Assembly: GCA_963842945.1 (NCBI GenBank) | Contig: CAWJIM010000023.1 | Coordinates: forward strand, 352,001 to 416,000 | Origin: an uncultured Gemmatimonadales bacterium | Lineage (GTDB): Bacteria; Gemmatimonadota; Gemmatimonadetes; Gemmatimonadales; GWC2-71-9 | Length of the DNA: 64,000 nt | Direction: 5' to 3' | In this document: piece by piece, positions 1 to 8,953 of the stretch | How the letters are laid out: each line of letters opens with the position of its first letter | How positions within the stretch are numbered: the first letter of the stretch is position 1 | Made by a program: the position numbers and the translations under genes | The notes under the pieces: generated by a model | Database searches by the model: none | The model's input: the letters and a program-made list of their open reading frames with translations, nothing else | Told to the model about the DNA's origin: nothing

Positions 1-931
1 TCCCGCAGTCGCTTGAGGGCCCGGTCTCGGAGCTGGCGCACCCGCTCGCGGGTGACACCCAGCATGCCACCGATCTCCTCCAGCGTATGCTCCCGGCCGC
101 CGTCCAGGCCGAAGTAGAGCCGCAGCACCTTGGCGTCGCGCGGCGCCAGCGATCGAAGCGCACGGTCGATCTGCTCGGTCAGGAAGCTGCTCCATCGCCT
201 GCTCTTCCGGGTCGCTCTGCTCGTCGGCCATGAAGCGGTCGATCATGGAGCGCTCGCTCTCCTGCTCGACCGGAGCGTCCAGCCGGACGTCGCTGGTGTT
301 GAGGGCCGCGAGGGAGTGGACCACGTCGACGGCGAGCCCGGTGCGTCGGCGATCTCCTCTAGGTGGGCTCCCGGCGGAGGTCCTGGCGAAGCGTTTCGGA
401 CGTGCGGGTGATCCGGGAGAGGTCGGCGGTGCGGTTGAGCGGGACCCGTACGGTGCGGCCCTGGCGGGCCAGCGCGGCGAGGATGGACTGGCGGATCCAC
501 CAGACGGCGTAGGAGATGAACTTCACTCCCTGGTCGGGATCGAACTTCCGGGCCGCCGTCAGGAGCCCGAGGTTGCCCTCGCCGATCAGGTCGCTAAGGC
601 CCATGCCCCGGTTCTGATACTTCTTGGCGACGGAGATGACGAAGCGAAGGTTGCGCTTGATCAGCTCCTGCATCGCGTCGGCGTCGCCGGCCTGGACAAG
701 GCGGGCAACCGCCATTTCCTGCTGGCGGTTCAGCAGCGGAGTCTTGCTGACTTCGAAGAGATACTGATCGAGGATGTCGCGATCGGCATCGAACACGCCG
801 AGGTTCTTGGTGGCCCGTCTCCGGGTCCGCCGCGGCTTGGCGGCTCGACTTGGCGAGATATCGGCGGTCGTGAGGTCAGGAACCGGGTCAGGGAGCGACT
901 CGTTATTCATCGCGATAAGATCACCCTTCAT
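1..931 (-). CDS. RNA polymerase sigma-70 family factor (RpoD/RpoS-like, no region 1.1); runs off the window edge; apparent frameshifts near 340-360 and 185
   Basis: Region 2 motifs NLRFVISVAKKY, DLIGEGNLGL, KFDPDQGVKFISYAVWWIRQ. Region 4 continues in another frame: VLRLYFGLDGGREHTLEEIGGMLGVTRERVRQ. Start could be 931 or 910. Confidence 0.93.
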
Positions 932-1043
932 CAGCACGGTTGGCCGAGTGGCGGGCCATGGTGCCTCGTTGACACTCACTCGGGCGCGGGATACGTTTCC
1001 GTGCTTGCCGCGGCGCCGTTCGAGGGCGGGACAATAAATACGC

Positions 1044-1116
1044 GGGGGCGTAGCTCAGTTGGGAGAGCGCGTGAATGGCATTCACGAGGTCAGGGGTTCG
1101 ATCCCCCTCGCCTCCA
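1044..1116 (+). tRNA. tRNA-Ala(GGC)
   Basis: Cloverleaf GGGGGCG...CGCCTCCA, anticodon arm CGTGA-ATGGCAT-TCACG, T-loop GTTCGATC. Confidence 0.96.
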
Positions 1117-1157
1117 CTGGCCCCTCTTCGGCCGGCTCAGACCCTGCATGCGGGTCG

Positions 1158-1186
1158 TTGCGCCGCGGCGGGTCGGACGCTAGAAT
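1158..1186 (+). promoter_or_regulatory. Putative sigma-70 promoter for the tRNA-Gly cluster
   Basis: TTGCGC-17 bp-TAGAAT ending 12 nt upstream of tRNA-Gly. Confidence 0.55.
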
Positions 1187-1198
1187 CCTGACCGTTTC

Positions 1199-1271
1199 GC
1201 GGGAATAGCTCAGTTGGTAGAGCACAACCTTGCCAAGGTTGGGGTCGCGGGTTCGAGTCCCGTTTCCCGCT
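1199..1271 (+). tRNA. tRNA-Gly(GCC)
   Basis: GCGGGAA...TTCCCGCT acceptor stem, anticodon arm CAACC-TTGCCAA-GGTTG. Confidence 0.97.
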
Positions 1272-1375
1272 CTCTGAGGCGGCCAGCAGTATGGTGCAGG
1301 CCAAAACCGCAGCTGTTGGACGGTCTCGAGTATCGGCCCGAGTATCGGTCTCGGTAGTGAGTCTGAAGCACACGT

Positions 1376-1449
1376 CGCGGGGTGGAGCAGTCTGGTAGCT
1401 CGCCGGGCTCATAACCCGGAGGTCGTGGGTTCAAATCCCACCCCCGCTA
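1376..1449 (+). tRNA. tRNA-fMet(CAT), initiator type
   Basis: Unpaired C1, anticodon arm CCGGG-CTCATAA-CCCGG with three consecutive G-C pairs. Confidence 0.96.
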
Positions 1450-1451
1450 TT

Positions 1452-1581
1452 GAAGGACGGGAAGGATGGGAAGGACGGGAAGGGCGGGAAGGACTGGACA
1501 GCGAGAGGGGTCGCTCCTGAGTGCGGTCCTGCTTGGCTCGCGGACCTCCTGCCTTCCCGTCCTTCCCGTCTTTCCCGTCCT
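1452..1581. repeat. Inverted tandem 9-mer element: (GAAGGACGG)x5 ... (CCGTCCTTC)x3-4
   Basis: Five 9-mer units at 1452-1496 and reverse-complement units at 1548-1581. A 26-nt string is identical to 32291-32316. Confidence 0.85.
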
Positions 1582-1588
1582 GCACCGC

Positions 1589-1662
1589 GGGCGGTTAGCT
1601 CAGTTGGTTAGAGCGCCACGTTGACATCGTGGAGGTCACAAGTTCGAGTCTTGTACCGCCCA
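1589..1662 (+). tRNA. tRNA-Val(GAC)
   Basis: GGGCGGT...ACCGCCCA, anticodon arm CCACG-TTGACAT-CGTGG. Confidence 0.96.
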
Positions 1663-1665
1663 TGC

Positions 1666-1739
1666 GCGCCCTTAGCTCAATTGGATAGAGCATTTGACTA
1701 CGGATCAAAAGGCTGGGGGTTCGAGTCCCTCAGGGCGCA
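1666..1739 (+). tRNA. tRNA-Arg(ACG)
   Basis: GCGCCCT...AGGGCGCA, anticodon arm TTTGA-CTACGGA-TCAAA. Confidence 0.96.
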
Positions 1740-1872
1740 CTCGACAAACCGTGAGCGGGACTAGGACGGGCGTAAGCGGTGAGCGGGCTCCGGGAGATCG
1801 CCGGGCTGACTCGGCAATCTCCTCTGGCCATCCCGCTTACCTACGTTTCCTACCGCTTACGTTGTTAGAATA

Positions 1873-1947
1873 CGGGGCGTAGCGCAGCCCGGTTAGCGCG
1901 CCTGCTTCGGGAGCAGGAGGTCCCCGGTTCAAATCCGGGCGCCCCGA
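1873..1947 (+). tRNA. tRNA-Pro(CGG)
   Basis: CGGGGCG...CGCCCCGA, anticodon arm CCTGC-TTCGGGA-GCAGG. Confidence 0.96.
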
Positions 1948-1961
1948 TGAGTAGTAAACTG

Positions 1962-1995
1962 AAACCCCGACCACCGTTATGGCTGGCGGGGTTTT
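1962..1995 (+). terminator. Intrinsic terminator after the tRNA cluster (possibly bidirectional)
   Basis: AAACCCCG...CGGGGTTTT stem-loop between tRNA-Pro and a convergent ORF. Confidence 0.6.
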
Positions 1996-2035
1996 AGTTG
2001 TCTTCTTCGCGCCCGATACCTGAGGATGGTTCACC

Positions 2036-2644
2036 TCAGGAAGGTTGCGCCATAGCCCCGCGACTGGTCTTCAGGATCGTCGGCTCCCACTCATCCCATC
2101 TTTCTGGAGCCGAGAACGCCAAATTCACAGTAATTCCTTTTGCCCCTTCAGAGTTCAAGGTCAAGACTGCCTCGTAGGAGCCGGGCGGGAAGTAGTGCTG
2201 GTGAGTATTGGGCAGGGATAGCGCCTTTGCCGTGCCGGGCCAGCATCCAGGTGGTCCACCGGGGATCGTGAACAGGACATCCAGGCGCCTATCGTCGAAG
2301 CCTATGTCTACGGGATGGGCCCCGGAGCTATCCACGGAGTAGTCTACATCAGCCCAGTGGAGAGGAAATCTTTTTTCGGCGAGCCTCAGGTTTCCTGGCC
2401 ACTTAGTGACGGTGAAAACTCCCACGCACCGCATCGCAGTATGGCTGCGGAGGTTGCAGACCTCAAGCGTGAAAACACGTCGATAGCGATTTTCTCCCAA
2501 TTCCAATGTGCGAAGGTCGCGCTCCCGGTCGAATGGCCGAATGGCAATCCTGGGGCGGTGTAGCCAGCGCTGAAACGCACTGGCTGCCTGCCAGAAGAAG
2601 GAGACAAGCCCGGCGACAGCCCCGATTTCCGTAAAGCTCGCCAT
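2036..2644 (-). CDS. Hypothetical protein with N-terminal hydrophobic anchor
   Basis: About 200 aa ORF with hydrophobic N-terminus (IGAVAGLVSFFW); TAGGTT 7 nt before the ATG; no recognised domain. Confidence 0.65.
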   Translation of the reverse strand: MASFTEIGAVAGLVSFFWQAASAFQRWLHRPRIAIRPFDRERDLRTLELGENRYRRVFTLEVCNLRSHTAMRCVGVFTVTKWPGNLRLAEKRFPLHWADVDYSVDSSGAHPVDIGFDDRRLDVLFTIPGGPPGCWPGTAKALSLPNTHQHYFPPGSYEAVLTLNSEGAKGITVNLAFSAPERWDEWEPTILKTSRGAMAQPS

Positions 2645-2770
2645 AGGGTACAACCTAAACCTTTGATCGCAAGGCGTTCACTGAGAAGACCCAGGCTCCC
2701 CGGGGCGAGCGATGCCCTTGGGGGCCCTCCGCCACCTGTAACCGGCGGCTGAGGACCTTGCCTTCGCTCA

Positions 2771-5700
2771 CTAGTCCGGAGTTCTTCCTTTCGCCCACAG
2801 GGGGAACGCCGGCCGCTTGGCCACCTGTTTCGGCCGCTTCGCCAGCTCGTTCATCACAACCGCCACGGCCTTCTCCAGCTGCGAGTCGCGCCCCTTCCGC
2901 CACGCCGCCGGCTCCAGGTCCACCTCGACGTCCGGCGCCACGCCCTTATTCTCCACAGCGTATTCGCCCTCCGCCGTCCACAGGGCAATCCGCGGCGCGG
3001 TGACCAGACCTCCGTCCATCAGCGGAGGATAGCCGCCGATCCCCACCAGCCCGCCCCAGGTGCGGGTCCCGATCAGTGGCCCGATCTTGAAACGGCGGAA
3101 CAGCCAGGGCAGCTCGTCTCCGCCCGAGCCGGCGTATTCATTGATCAGCATCGCCTTCGGCCCATAGATCGCGCCGGCCGGAATCGGCACGTCCTCTCCA
3201 TAGCGCGACGTCACCCAGTTGAACGGCGCCTGCCGGCCCAGATACTCCACCATGTAGTCGGCGACGTTCCCACCGCCGTTGAACCGCTCGTCCACCACCG
3301 CGCCGAGCTTGTCCTGCTGAGCGAAGAAGTAGCGGTTGAAGCGGGTGTAGCCCTCGTTGGCGGTGTTGGGCACGTAGATGTAGCCCAGCTTGCCGCCCGA
3401 GAGGCTGTCCACCACCCGGCGGTTGTGATCGATCCAGGCCAGATGCCTGAGCATCACCTCGCTCGGCAGCGGCACCGCAGTCACGTCGCGGGCTCCGCTG
3501 CCGTCCGGCTTGGGGCCCACCCGGAGCACCACCGACTTTCCCGCGGTGCCTTCGAGCGCCTGATCCACATTGTCCTTTGCGGTGAGCGGCCGGCCGTCCA
3601 CCGCCAGCAGATACTCGCCCGGCTGCACGTTCACGCCCGGCTGGGTGAGCGGGGCGACGGTAGACGGATTCCAGTTCTCGCCGGCATAGACCTTGGTGAA
3701 ACGCCACCGATCGTTGGCAATGGTGTAGTCGGCCCCCAGGAGACCGTTGGGAGGAGTCTTGGTCGGCGTCTCATTCGGACCGACGACGAACAGGTGGCCT
3801 ACCGTCAGGTTGCCGAACACCTCCTCCAGCAGGTAATCCAGATCGGCGCGCCCGCCCAGGCCGTCGACATAGCGTTGATAGAATTTCTCGGTTTTATCGA
3901 GATCGAGGCCGTGATAGTTGGGGTCATAGAAGTAGGCCCGCTGCAGCCGGAACGCCTCGTGATACATCTCGGCCCATTCCGCCCGCGGATCGGTCTGGAC
4001 CTGGATGTCCTCGGTGTTGAGCACGCCACCCGCACCAGCGGAGGCGCTCTCCGGACCCGCGGCAGCGCTGTCGGGCGGCGGCGGCGGGCCCAGCGGGGCA
4101 ATGGTCCACTTGCCCTGCTGCCGGTAGAGCAGCATGCCCCCGTCCCGGGACACATCGAAGTCGCCCACGTCCCGCATCAACTCCTTTGCCTTCCGCTCGC
4201 CCAGATCGAACTTGTGCAGAACGAAGGTCAAGGTGTCCGGCTGGATGTCCACCGGTATCAGGGGCTGCTCGGCCAGCACCACGACCCCCTGCTTGCCGGG
4301 GATCAGGGCGACGTAGTTCTTTGGGTCCGCCGGCAGCGCGATCGTGCGCTGGTCGATGCCCTCGAAATCGATCCGCACCGGCTCCGGAGCGGCCACCGCC
4401 CCCAGGCTGTCCTTCCCTGGCTTCACCGCCTTGGCGCCCTTCACGTCACCCGCCGCCGCCTTGGCGTTGCTCTTGGCCGCGCTGTCGCCCTTGGCCCTTT
4501 CCTCATCGCTCTCGGGCGCCAGCGGCGACGGCTGGTCGTTCCTGAGCACGATGGCGTAGAGCCCCCGGGTGATCGGGTGATCGTAGGTCGTCATGCTGAA
4601 GTCACTGGCCGGCCCCGCGTCGGTGCTGGCGACGAAGTAGAGGTACTTGCCGCTGGCGTCGAATCCCGGGGTGCGCACGTCGCTCAGCCCGTCGGTGACC
4701 TGGGTGAACTTGCCGTGCTCCAGGTCGTACACGAACACGGCGCCCAGCCGGTTCTTGATCGAGCGGGCATACGCCAGCCAGCGCGAGTCGGGTGACCAGG
4801 AGCTGGAGAAGGAGTTGTCCCAGCCTGGGCCCAGCGGATCGGTGTCCACCTTGGTGGTCTTGCCGCTGGCGACATCGGCGTACCACAGCTCGCCCCGGGA
4901 GTTGTTGTAGGCGATTCGCTTCCCGTCGGGCGACCAGATCGGGCGGAAGTAGTAGGTGTCGTCGTCGCCCAGCTTGATACTGCGCGGTTGCCCGGTGCCG
5001 GCTTGGCCGCGAAGCTCGAGGTGATAGGCGCCGCCGGCATCGGAGAAGTAGGCCACCGTCTGGCCATCGGGCGACCAGCTGGGATAGCGCTCGGTGGCGC
5101 CCGGCGTGTGGCTGATGTCGCGGGCATCGCCCTTCTTGGCGGGCACCGTCAGGATCTCACCCCGGGCCTCGAACGCCGCCCGCACGCCCGTCGGCGACAG
5201 CGCCGGATGTTCGAGCTTGTCCCCCACTGGTACCCAATGGGGCAGCGCGGCGGTGAGCTCCCCCGCCAGCGTCACGGGCACCGGCGACGATTTCCCGGTT
5301 TTCAGGTCGTACAGGTGGAGGCCGCCGAACTGCTCGTAGACGATCCCACCGGGGCCGGCAGAGGCATACTTGACGTCCAGACCCTTGTTCTCGATCCGCC
5401 GGACCACGCGCTTGGTCCGAGTATCGTAGCTGTAGAGCGTGGCCGGCCCCTCCCGGTCGCTCACGAAGAAAACCGTGTCGCCCACCCACATGGGATATTG
5501 GTCGGTGGAGCCCTGACGCGGGATTTTCTCCACCGCGGCATCCGTCAGCGACGCAATCCAGATCGGCGTCGTGCGCCCGCCGCGATAGCGCTTCCAGGCC
5601 CGGTTGGCCGGAGGAAACGGCAGGTAGGCCAGCCGCTTGCCGTCGGCGCTCAGGGCGCCATCCCACACGCTGGGCAGGTCCACCGGCGCCGGCTGCACCC

Positions 5701-6148
5701 CGTCGGGCGCCTGGACGAAGAGGCGGGGGGCTCCCAGGGCCTGAGCCAGAGCGATGCCGTCGCGGTCCGACATGAACAGCACCTTGCCGTCGGCGGTCCA
5801 GCCGCGAACCCGGTCGGCCGAGGGACGGTAGGTGAGTCGCTTGGGGGTGCCGCCGCTCCCCGCAATCACGTACACATCGGCGTTGTTGTTGCTGGTGTTG
5901 GTATATGCAATCCAGCGTCCGTCGGGGGAGTAATGGCAGCCCGACTCCGTGCCGGGCGAGGCGGTCAGCCGGTGCGCGGTACCGCCGGTGCGACCCACGG
6001 TCCAGAGATCTCCGGCAAAGCTGAAACAGATTTCGGAGGCACTCAGGGCGGGCTCCCTGAGGAGAAGTGGCGAACCGCCCTGGCCGTAGGCTGTGGCAAC
6101 AAGGAGGCAGGTCGACGCAGTGAGCAGGTGGATGCGGAGGACAGGCAT
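2771..6148 (-). CDS. Tricorn protease-like S41 peptidase (PD40 beta-propellers, PDZ, S41 catalytic domain), exported
   Basis: 1125 aa with signal peptide, repeated SPDG motifs, DERFNGGG, catalytic AGSGGD, GTRTWGGLVG, ENKGVAPD. Confidence 0.95.
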   Translation of the reverse strand: MPVLRIHLLTASTCLLVATAYGQGGSPLLLREPALSASEICFSFAGDLWTVGRTGGTAHRLTASPGTESGCHYSPDGRWIAYTNTSNNNADVYVIAGSGGTPKRLTYRPSADRVRGWTADGKVLFMSDRDGIALAQALGAPRLFVQAPDGVQPAPVDLPSVWDGALSADGKRLAYLPFPPANRAWKRYRGGRTTPIWIASLTDAAVEKIPRQGSTDQYPMWVGDTVFFVSDREGPATLYSYDTRTKRVVRRIENKGLDVKYASAGPGGIVYEQFGGLHLYDLKTGKSSPVPVTLAGELTAALPHWVPVGDKLEHPALSPTGVRAAFEARGEILTVPAKKGDARDISHTPGATERYPSWSPDGQTVAYFSDAGGAYHLELRGQAGTGQPRSIKLGDDDTYYFRPIWSPDGKRIAYNNSRGELWYADVASGKTTKVDTDPLGPGWDNSFSSSWSPDSRWLAYARSIKNRLGAVFVYDLEHGKFTQVTDGLSDVRTPGFDASGKYLYFVASTDAGPASDFSMTTYDHPITRGLYAIVLRNDQPSPLAPESDEERAKGDSAAKSNAKAAAGDVKGAKAVKPGKDSLGAVAAPEPVRIDFEGIDQRTIALPADPKNYVALIPGKQGVVVLAEQPLIPVDIQPDTLTFVLHKFDLGERKAKELMRDVGDFDVSRDGGMLLYRQQGKWTIAPLGPPPPPDSAAAGPESASAGAGGVLNTEDIQVQTDPRAEWAEMYHEAFRLQRAYFYDPNYHGLDLDKTEKFYQRYVDGLGGRADLDYLLEEVFGNLTVGHLFVVGPNETPTKTPPNGLLGADYTIANDRWRFTKVYAGENWNPSTVAPLTQPGVNVQPGEYLLAVDGRPLTAKDNVDQALEGTAGKSVVLRVGPKPDGSGARDVTAVPLPSEVMLRHLAWIDHNRRVVDSLSGGKLGYIYVPNTANEGYTRFNRYFFAQQDKLGAVVDERFNGGGNVADYMVEYLGRQAPFNWVTSRYGEDVPIPAGAIYGPKAMLINEYAGSGGDELPWLFRRFKIGPLIGTRTWGGLVGIGGYPPLMDGGLVTAPRIALWTAEGEYAVENKGVAPDVEVDLEPAAWRKGRDSQLEKAVAVVMNELAKRPKQVAKRPAFPLWAKGRTPD

Positions 6149-6286
6149 TGGCCCTTTTCCTAGATCACGGAGACAGGATGCTGGAAGCTATTCCGCTCGA
6201 ATAGGCATCCCGCTTGCCCGGAAGGCAACACCCCTGTCTCCCTCTGCTCCTTACCGACTCGCGTCCGGGCTATAGATTCTGCCCCC

Positions 6287-6667
6287 ATGGCGACCCCCCT
6301 GCCGGTCGAGCCGCACATCATCAGCGTGCTGGTGGTGGACGACGAAGAAGTGATGCGCGCTCTCCTCATCCGCACCATGGAGTTCGAGCACTACCGGGTC
6401 TACTCGGCAGCCGATGGAGTGGAAGCCCTGGCGGTCTTTGAGAAGAACTTTCCCATCGACCTGGTGATCGCGGATGTGAGCATGCCGCGCATGGATGGCC
6501 GCGAGCTCGCGCTGGAGCTGGCCCGGCGGCAGCCGCACCTGCCAGTGGTGCTCATCTCGGGGGTTTACCTCCACGGTGGGTCCGATCTTCCGGGGCCCGT
6601 ATTGCCCAAGCCGTTCACCCCGATGGCCCTTGCGGCGCGGGTGCGGGAAGTGCTTTCCCTTTCCTGA
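6287..6667 (+). CDS. Single-domain response regulator (REC)
   Basis: VLVVDDE, DLVIADVSMPRMDG, ISG, KPFT. Confidence 0.92.
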   Translation: MATPLPVEPHIISVLVVDDEEVMRALLIRTMEFEHYRVYSAADGVEALAVFEKNFPIDLVIADVSMPRMDGRELALELARRQPHLPVVLISGVYLHGGSDLPGPVLPKPFTPMALAARVREVLSLS

Positions 6668-6750
6668 CTCTCCAGTCCTCAAGTTTGCCGGCGGCATCCC
6701 GAGACTCTGCTCGGCTGTTTGGTTTTTTCCCGGGAAAGGGAGGACTCGCG

Positions 6751-7038
6751 GTGGACGTTCGCGAGGCAAGGCTCAAAGAAGAGTTTGCGGCTCAGTACCC
6801 CGGCATCCCTCCCGAGGTTTGGCTTCCCGTGGCCGAGCTGGCCCGGAAGCTGGTAGAACGTCACCAGAGCGGGCGGAAGGCCGGCCGCTTCACCCGGACG
6901 TTCGATCCCACCCACTTCGAGTTCCGCGGCGGCGCGAGCGAGCGACGCTCTCGCGGGTCTCGCACCCGGATTACCGACCGGAAGCATCCTCCTACTCGGC
7001 AGCTCCCAGATTCTGAAGGCCCCCGACTCGAATCCTGA
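6751..7038 (+). CDS. Small hypothetical protein, REAxLK-YP-W-HFEFRG family (copy 1)
   Basis: GGGAGGA RBS then GTG; VREARLKEEFAAQYPGIPPEVWLPV...HFEFRGG; paralogous to four other ORFs in the window. Confidence 0.82.
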   Translation: MDVREARLKEEFAAQYPGIPPEVWLPVAELARKLVERHQSGRKAGRFTRTFDPTHFEFRGGASERRSRGSRTRITDRKHPPTRQLPDSEGPRLES

Positions 7039-7091
7039 TCGGCTGACTCGTCCCAGTTGATTTCACGCGGGAACCGGGTGATCCTCACGCG

Positions 7092-8168
7092 ATGAATTCA
7101 CCCCGGCGTCTGATTCGCGACCCTGAAGGCCTCAATACCGCCTCCTGGCCCGTTCCTCCCCAGGATTTCATCACCCCGGTCGATCGCTTTTTCACCCGGA
7201 GCCATGCGGCGGTTCCCCGGATCGATCCCCAATCCTGGCGGCTCGAGATCGGCGGACTGGTGGAGCATCCGCGGAGCTACTCTCTGCCCGAGCTGATGAG
7301 CGCATTCACCCGGCGGACCGTAGCGGCTACGCTGGTGTGTGCCGGCCTTCGGCGGGACGAGTTTCTCCACCTGGGGCCACTGCCGGGAGAGCTTCCCTGG
7401 GGGCCGGAGCCGGTGAGCGCGGGCGAATGGACCGGCCTGGCTCTGGGCGATCTGCTGCAGGCTATCGGGGTGAAGGGTGAGGCCCGCCACGTGGAGCTGA
7501 TCGGTCTCGATCGCGTAGAGCGCCATGGCCGGGAATTCGGCTTCGGCGGATCCATCGACCTGGCCAAGGCGCAGAGCGATGAGGTGCTGCTCGCCACCCA
7601 TCTGAACGGCGCTCCTCTTCCCCCTGCCCACGGCTTTCCGCTTCGGGCGGTGGTGCCCGGCTGGATCGGGGCCAGGAGCGTGAAGTGGCTGGGTCGGATG
7701 AATCTGCGGAGGGATCCCACCGACAACTACTTCCAGACTCAGGCCTACCGGGTGCAGCGCGAGCTGAATCCGCGAGACCCGCGTGACGTGTCGGCGGGAA
7801 CCGCGCTGACAGAGGTTCCGGTGAATTCGGTGATCGTGCATCCCGAGCCGAACCAGCTATTGGCGCCCGGCAGAACGATCGTGCGCGGCTGGGCGATGGG
7901 CTCCGCCGCCCGGCTGATCACCAGAGTCGAGGTGACAACCGAGGGCCGGGACGAGTGGGTCCCCGCCCGCATCCTGCCTCAGGAGTCGGCTTGGACCTGG
8001 GCCTTCTGGGAGGCGGAGCTCGACCTCGAGCCGGGGCAGTACGTCCTGTGCGTGCGGGCCAGCGACAGCTCCGGCGCCACCCAGCCCTCCGATGTGCGGG
8101 ACGCCTGGAACGTGAAGGGGTACGTCAACAACGCGTGGCACCGGGTGCCGGTCAGGGTGGAGCGCTAG
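7092..8168 (+). CDS. Sulfite oxidase family molybdopterin oxidoreductase
   Basis: FFTRSH, Mo-ligand LVCAG, HGFPLRAVVPGWIGARSVKWL, C-terminal dimerisation domain WNVKGYVNNAW; no Tat signal seen. Confidence 0.92.
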   Translation: MNSPRRLIRDPEGLNTASWPVPPQDFITPVDRFFTRSHAAVPRIDPQSWRLEIGGLVEHPRSYSLPELMSAFTRRTVAATLVCAGLRRDEFLHLGPLPGELPWGPEPVSAGEWTGLALGDLLQAIGVKGEARHVELIGLDRVERHGREFGFGGSIDLAKAQSDEVLLATHLNGAPLPPAHGFPLRAVVPGWIGARSVKWLGRMNLRRDPTDNYFQTQAYRVQRELNPRDPRDVSAGTALTEVPVNSVIVHPEPNQLLAPGRTIVRGWAMGSAARLITRVEVTTEGRDEWVPARILPQESAWTWAFWEAELDLEPGQYVLCVRASDSSGATQPSDVRDAWNVKGYVNNAWHRVPVRVER

Positions 8169-8227
8169 TATTGGGCTGCTACGCGCTTCCCCGACGCCCG
8201 CGGGTCCAATAGTTTAGGGTCGTCCGC

Positions 8228-8953
8228 ATGGTGGTGCGCGCCCTGCCAGTGCCCACCCACTACTCGATCGCGTCCAACACTCAGAATATGCGGCTTCCTT
8301 TGCTGGCGCCGTCCTCAAGATTGCTGCGCTCCCCCTGGCTGCTTCCCGCATGCATGATCGGGATCAGTGCCATGGCGCTCCTGGCTGCCCGGGTTTGGAC
8401 CGACTGGTCCCGGCTGCTATACCTGGTGCCCTACACCTTTCTCGGCAACTCGCTGGCCCCGTTGCCCTACGATGGCGCCGTGCTGTATCTGGGTGGCCGC
8501 TACTCGTTGGCGCTGATCGTGCTGGTCGCGGTACTGGCGACGCTGGTGATCGAGGCCTGGAACATGGAGCTGCTGAGGCGACTCATGGCCCGCGAGGGCA
8601 CGCGAGGGTTTCGGTCTCATCGGATCACCCAGTGGTCTCTCCGGTGCTATCGCAAGGCGCCATTCTGGTCTCTGGTGGCCACCTGCGTGCTGCCGATCGT
8701 GCCTCACTATCCCATGCGAGTTCTGGCCGTGCTGGCGGAATACCCGATGTGGAAGTACCAGCTCTCGGTGGTGCTCGGCCGGGGAACCCGCTATCTCGGG
8801 CTGGCTGGAATGGGGTTGGCCTATCGGGTCCCGGGTCCCTGGATTGCCGTGGGGAGTCTGGTGGTGCTGGCACTGGGTATTCGCGCGGCGCGCCGGATGA
8901 ATGAGTCGGGCGAGAGCATCACCACCCTGCCGCCGATAGCAGAGGAAGCATGA
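8228..8953 (+). CDS. DedA/VTT-like integral membrane protein
   Basis: Several hydrophobic segments, LPIVPH...GRGTRY pattern resembling DedA/SNARE-associated proteins; start could be 8288. Confidence 0.65.
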   Translation: MVVRALPVPTHYSIASNTQNMRLPLLAPSSRLLRSPWLLPACMIGISAMALLAARVWTDWSRLLYLVPYTFLGNSLAPLPYDGAVLYLGGRYSLALIVLVAVLATLVIEAWNMELLRRLMAREGTRGFRSHRITQWSLRCYRKAPFWSLVATCVLPIVPHYPMRVLAVLAEYPMWKYQLSVVLGRGTRYLGLAGMGLAYRVPGPWIAVGSLVVLALGIRAARRMNESGESITTLPPIAEEA

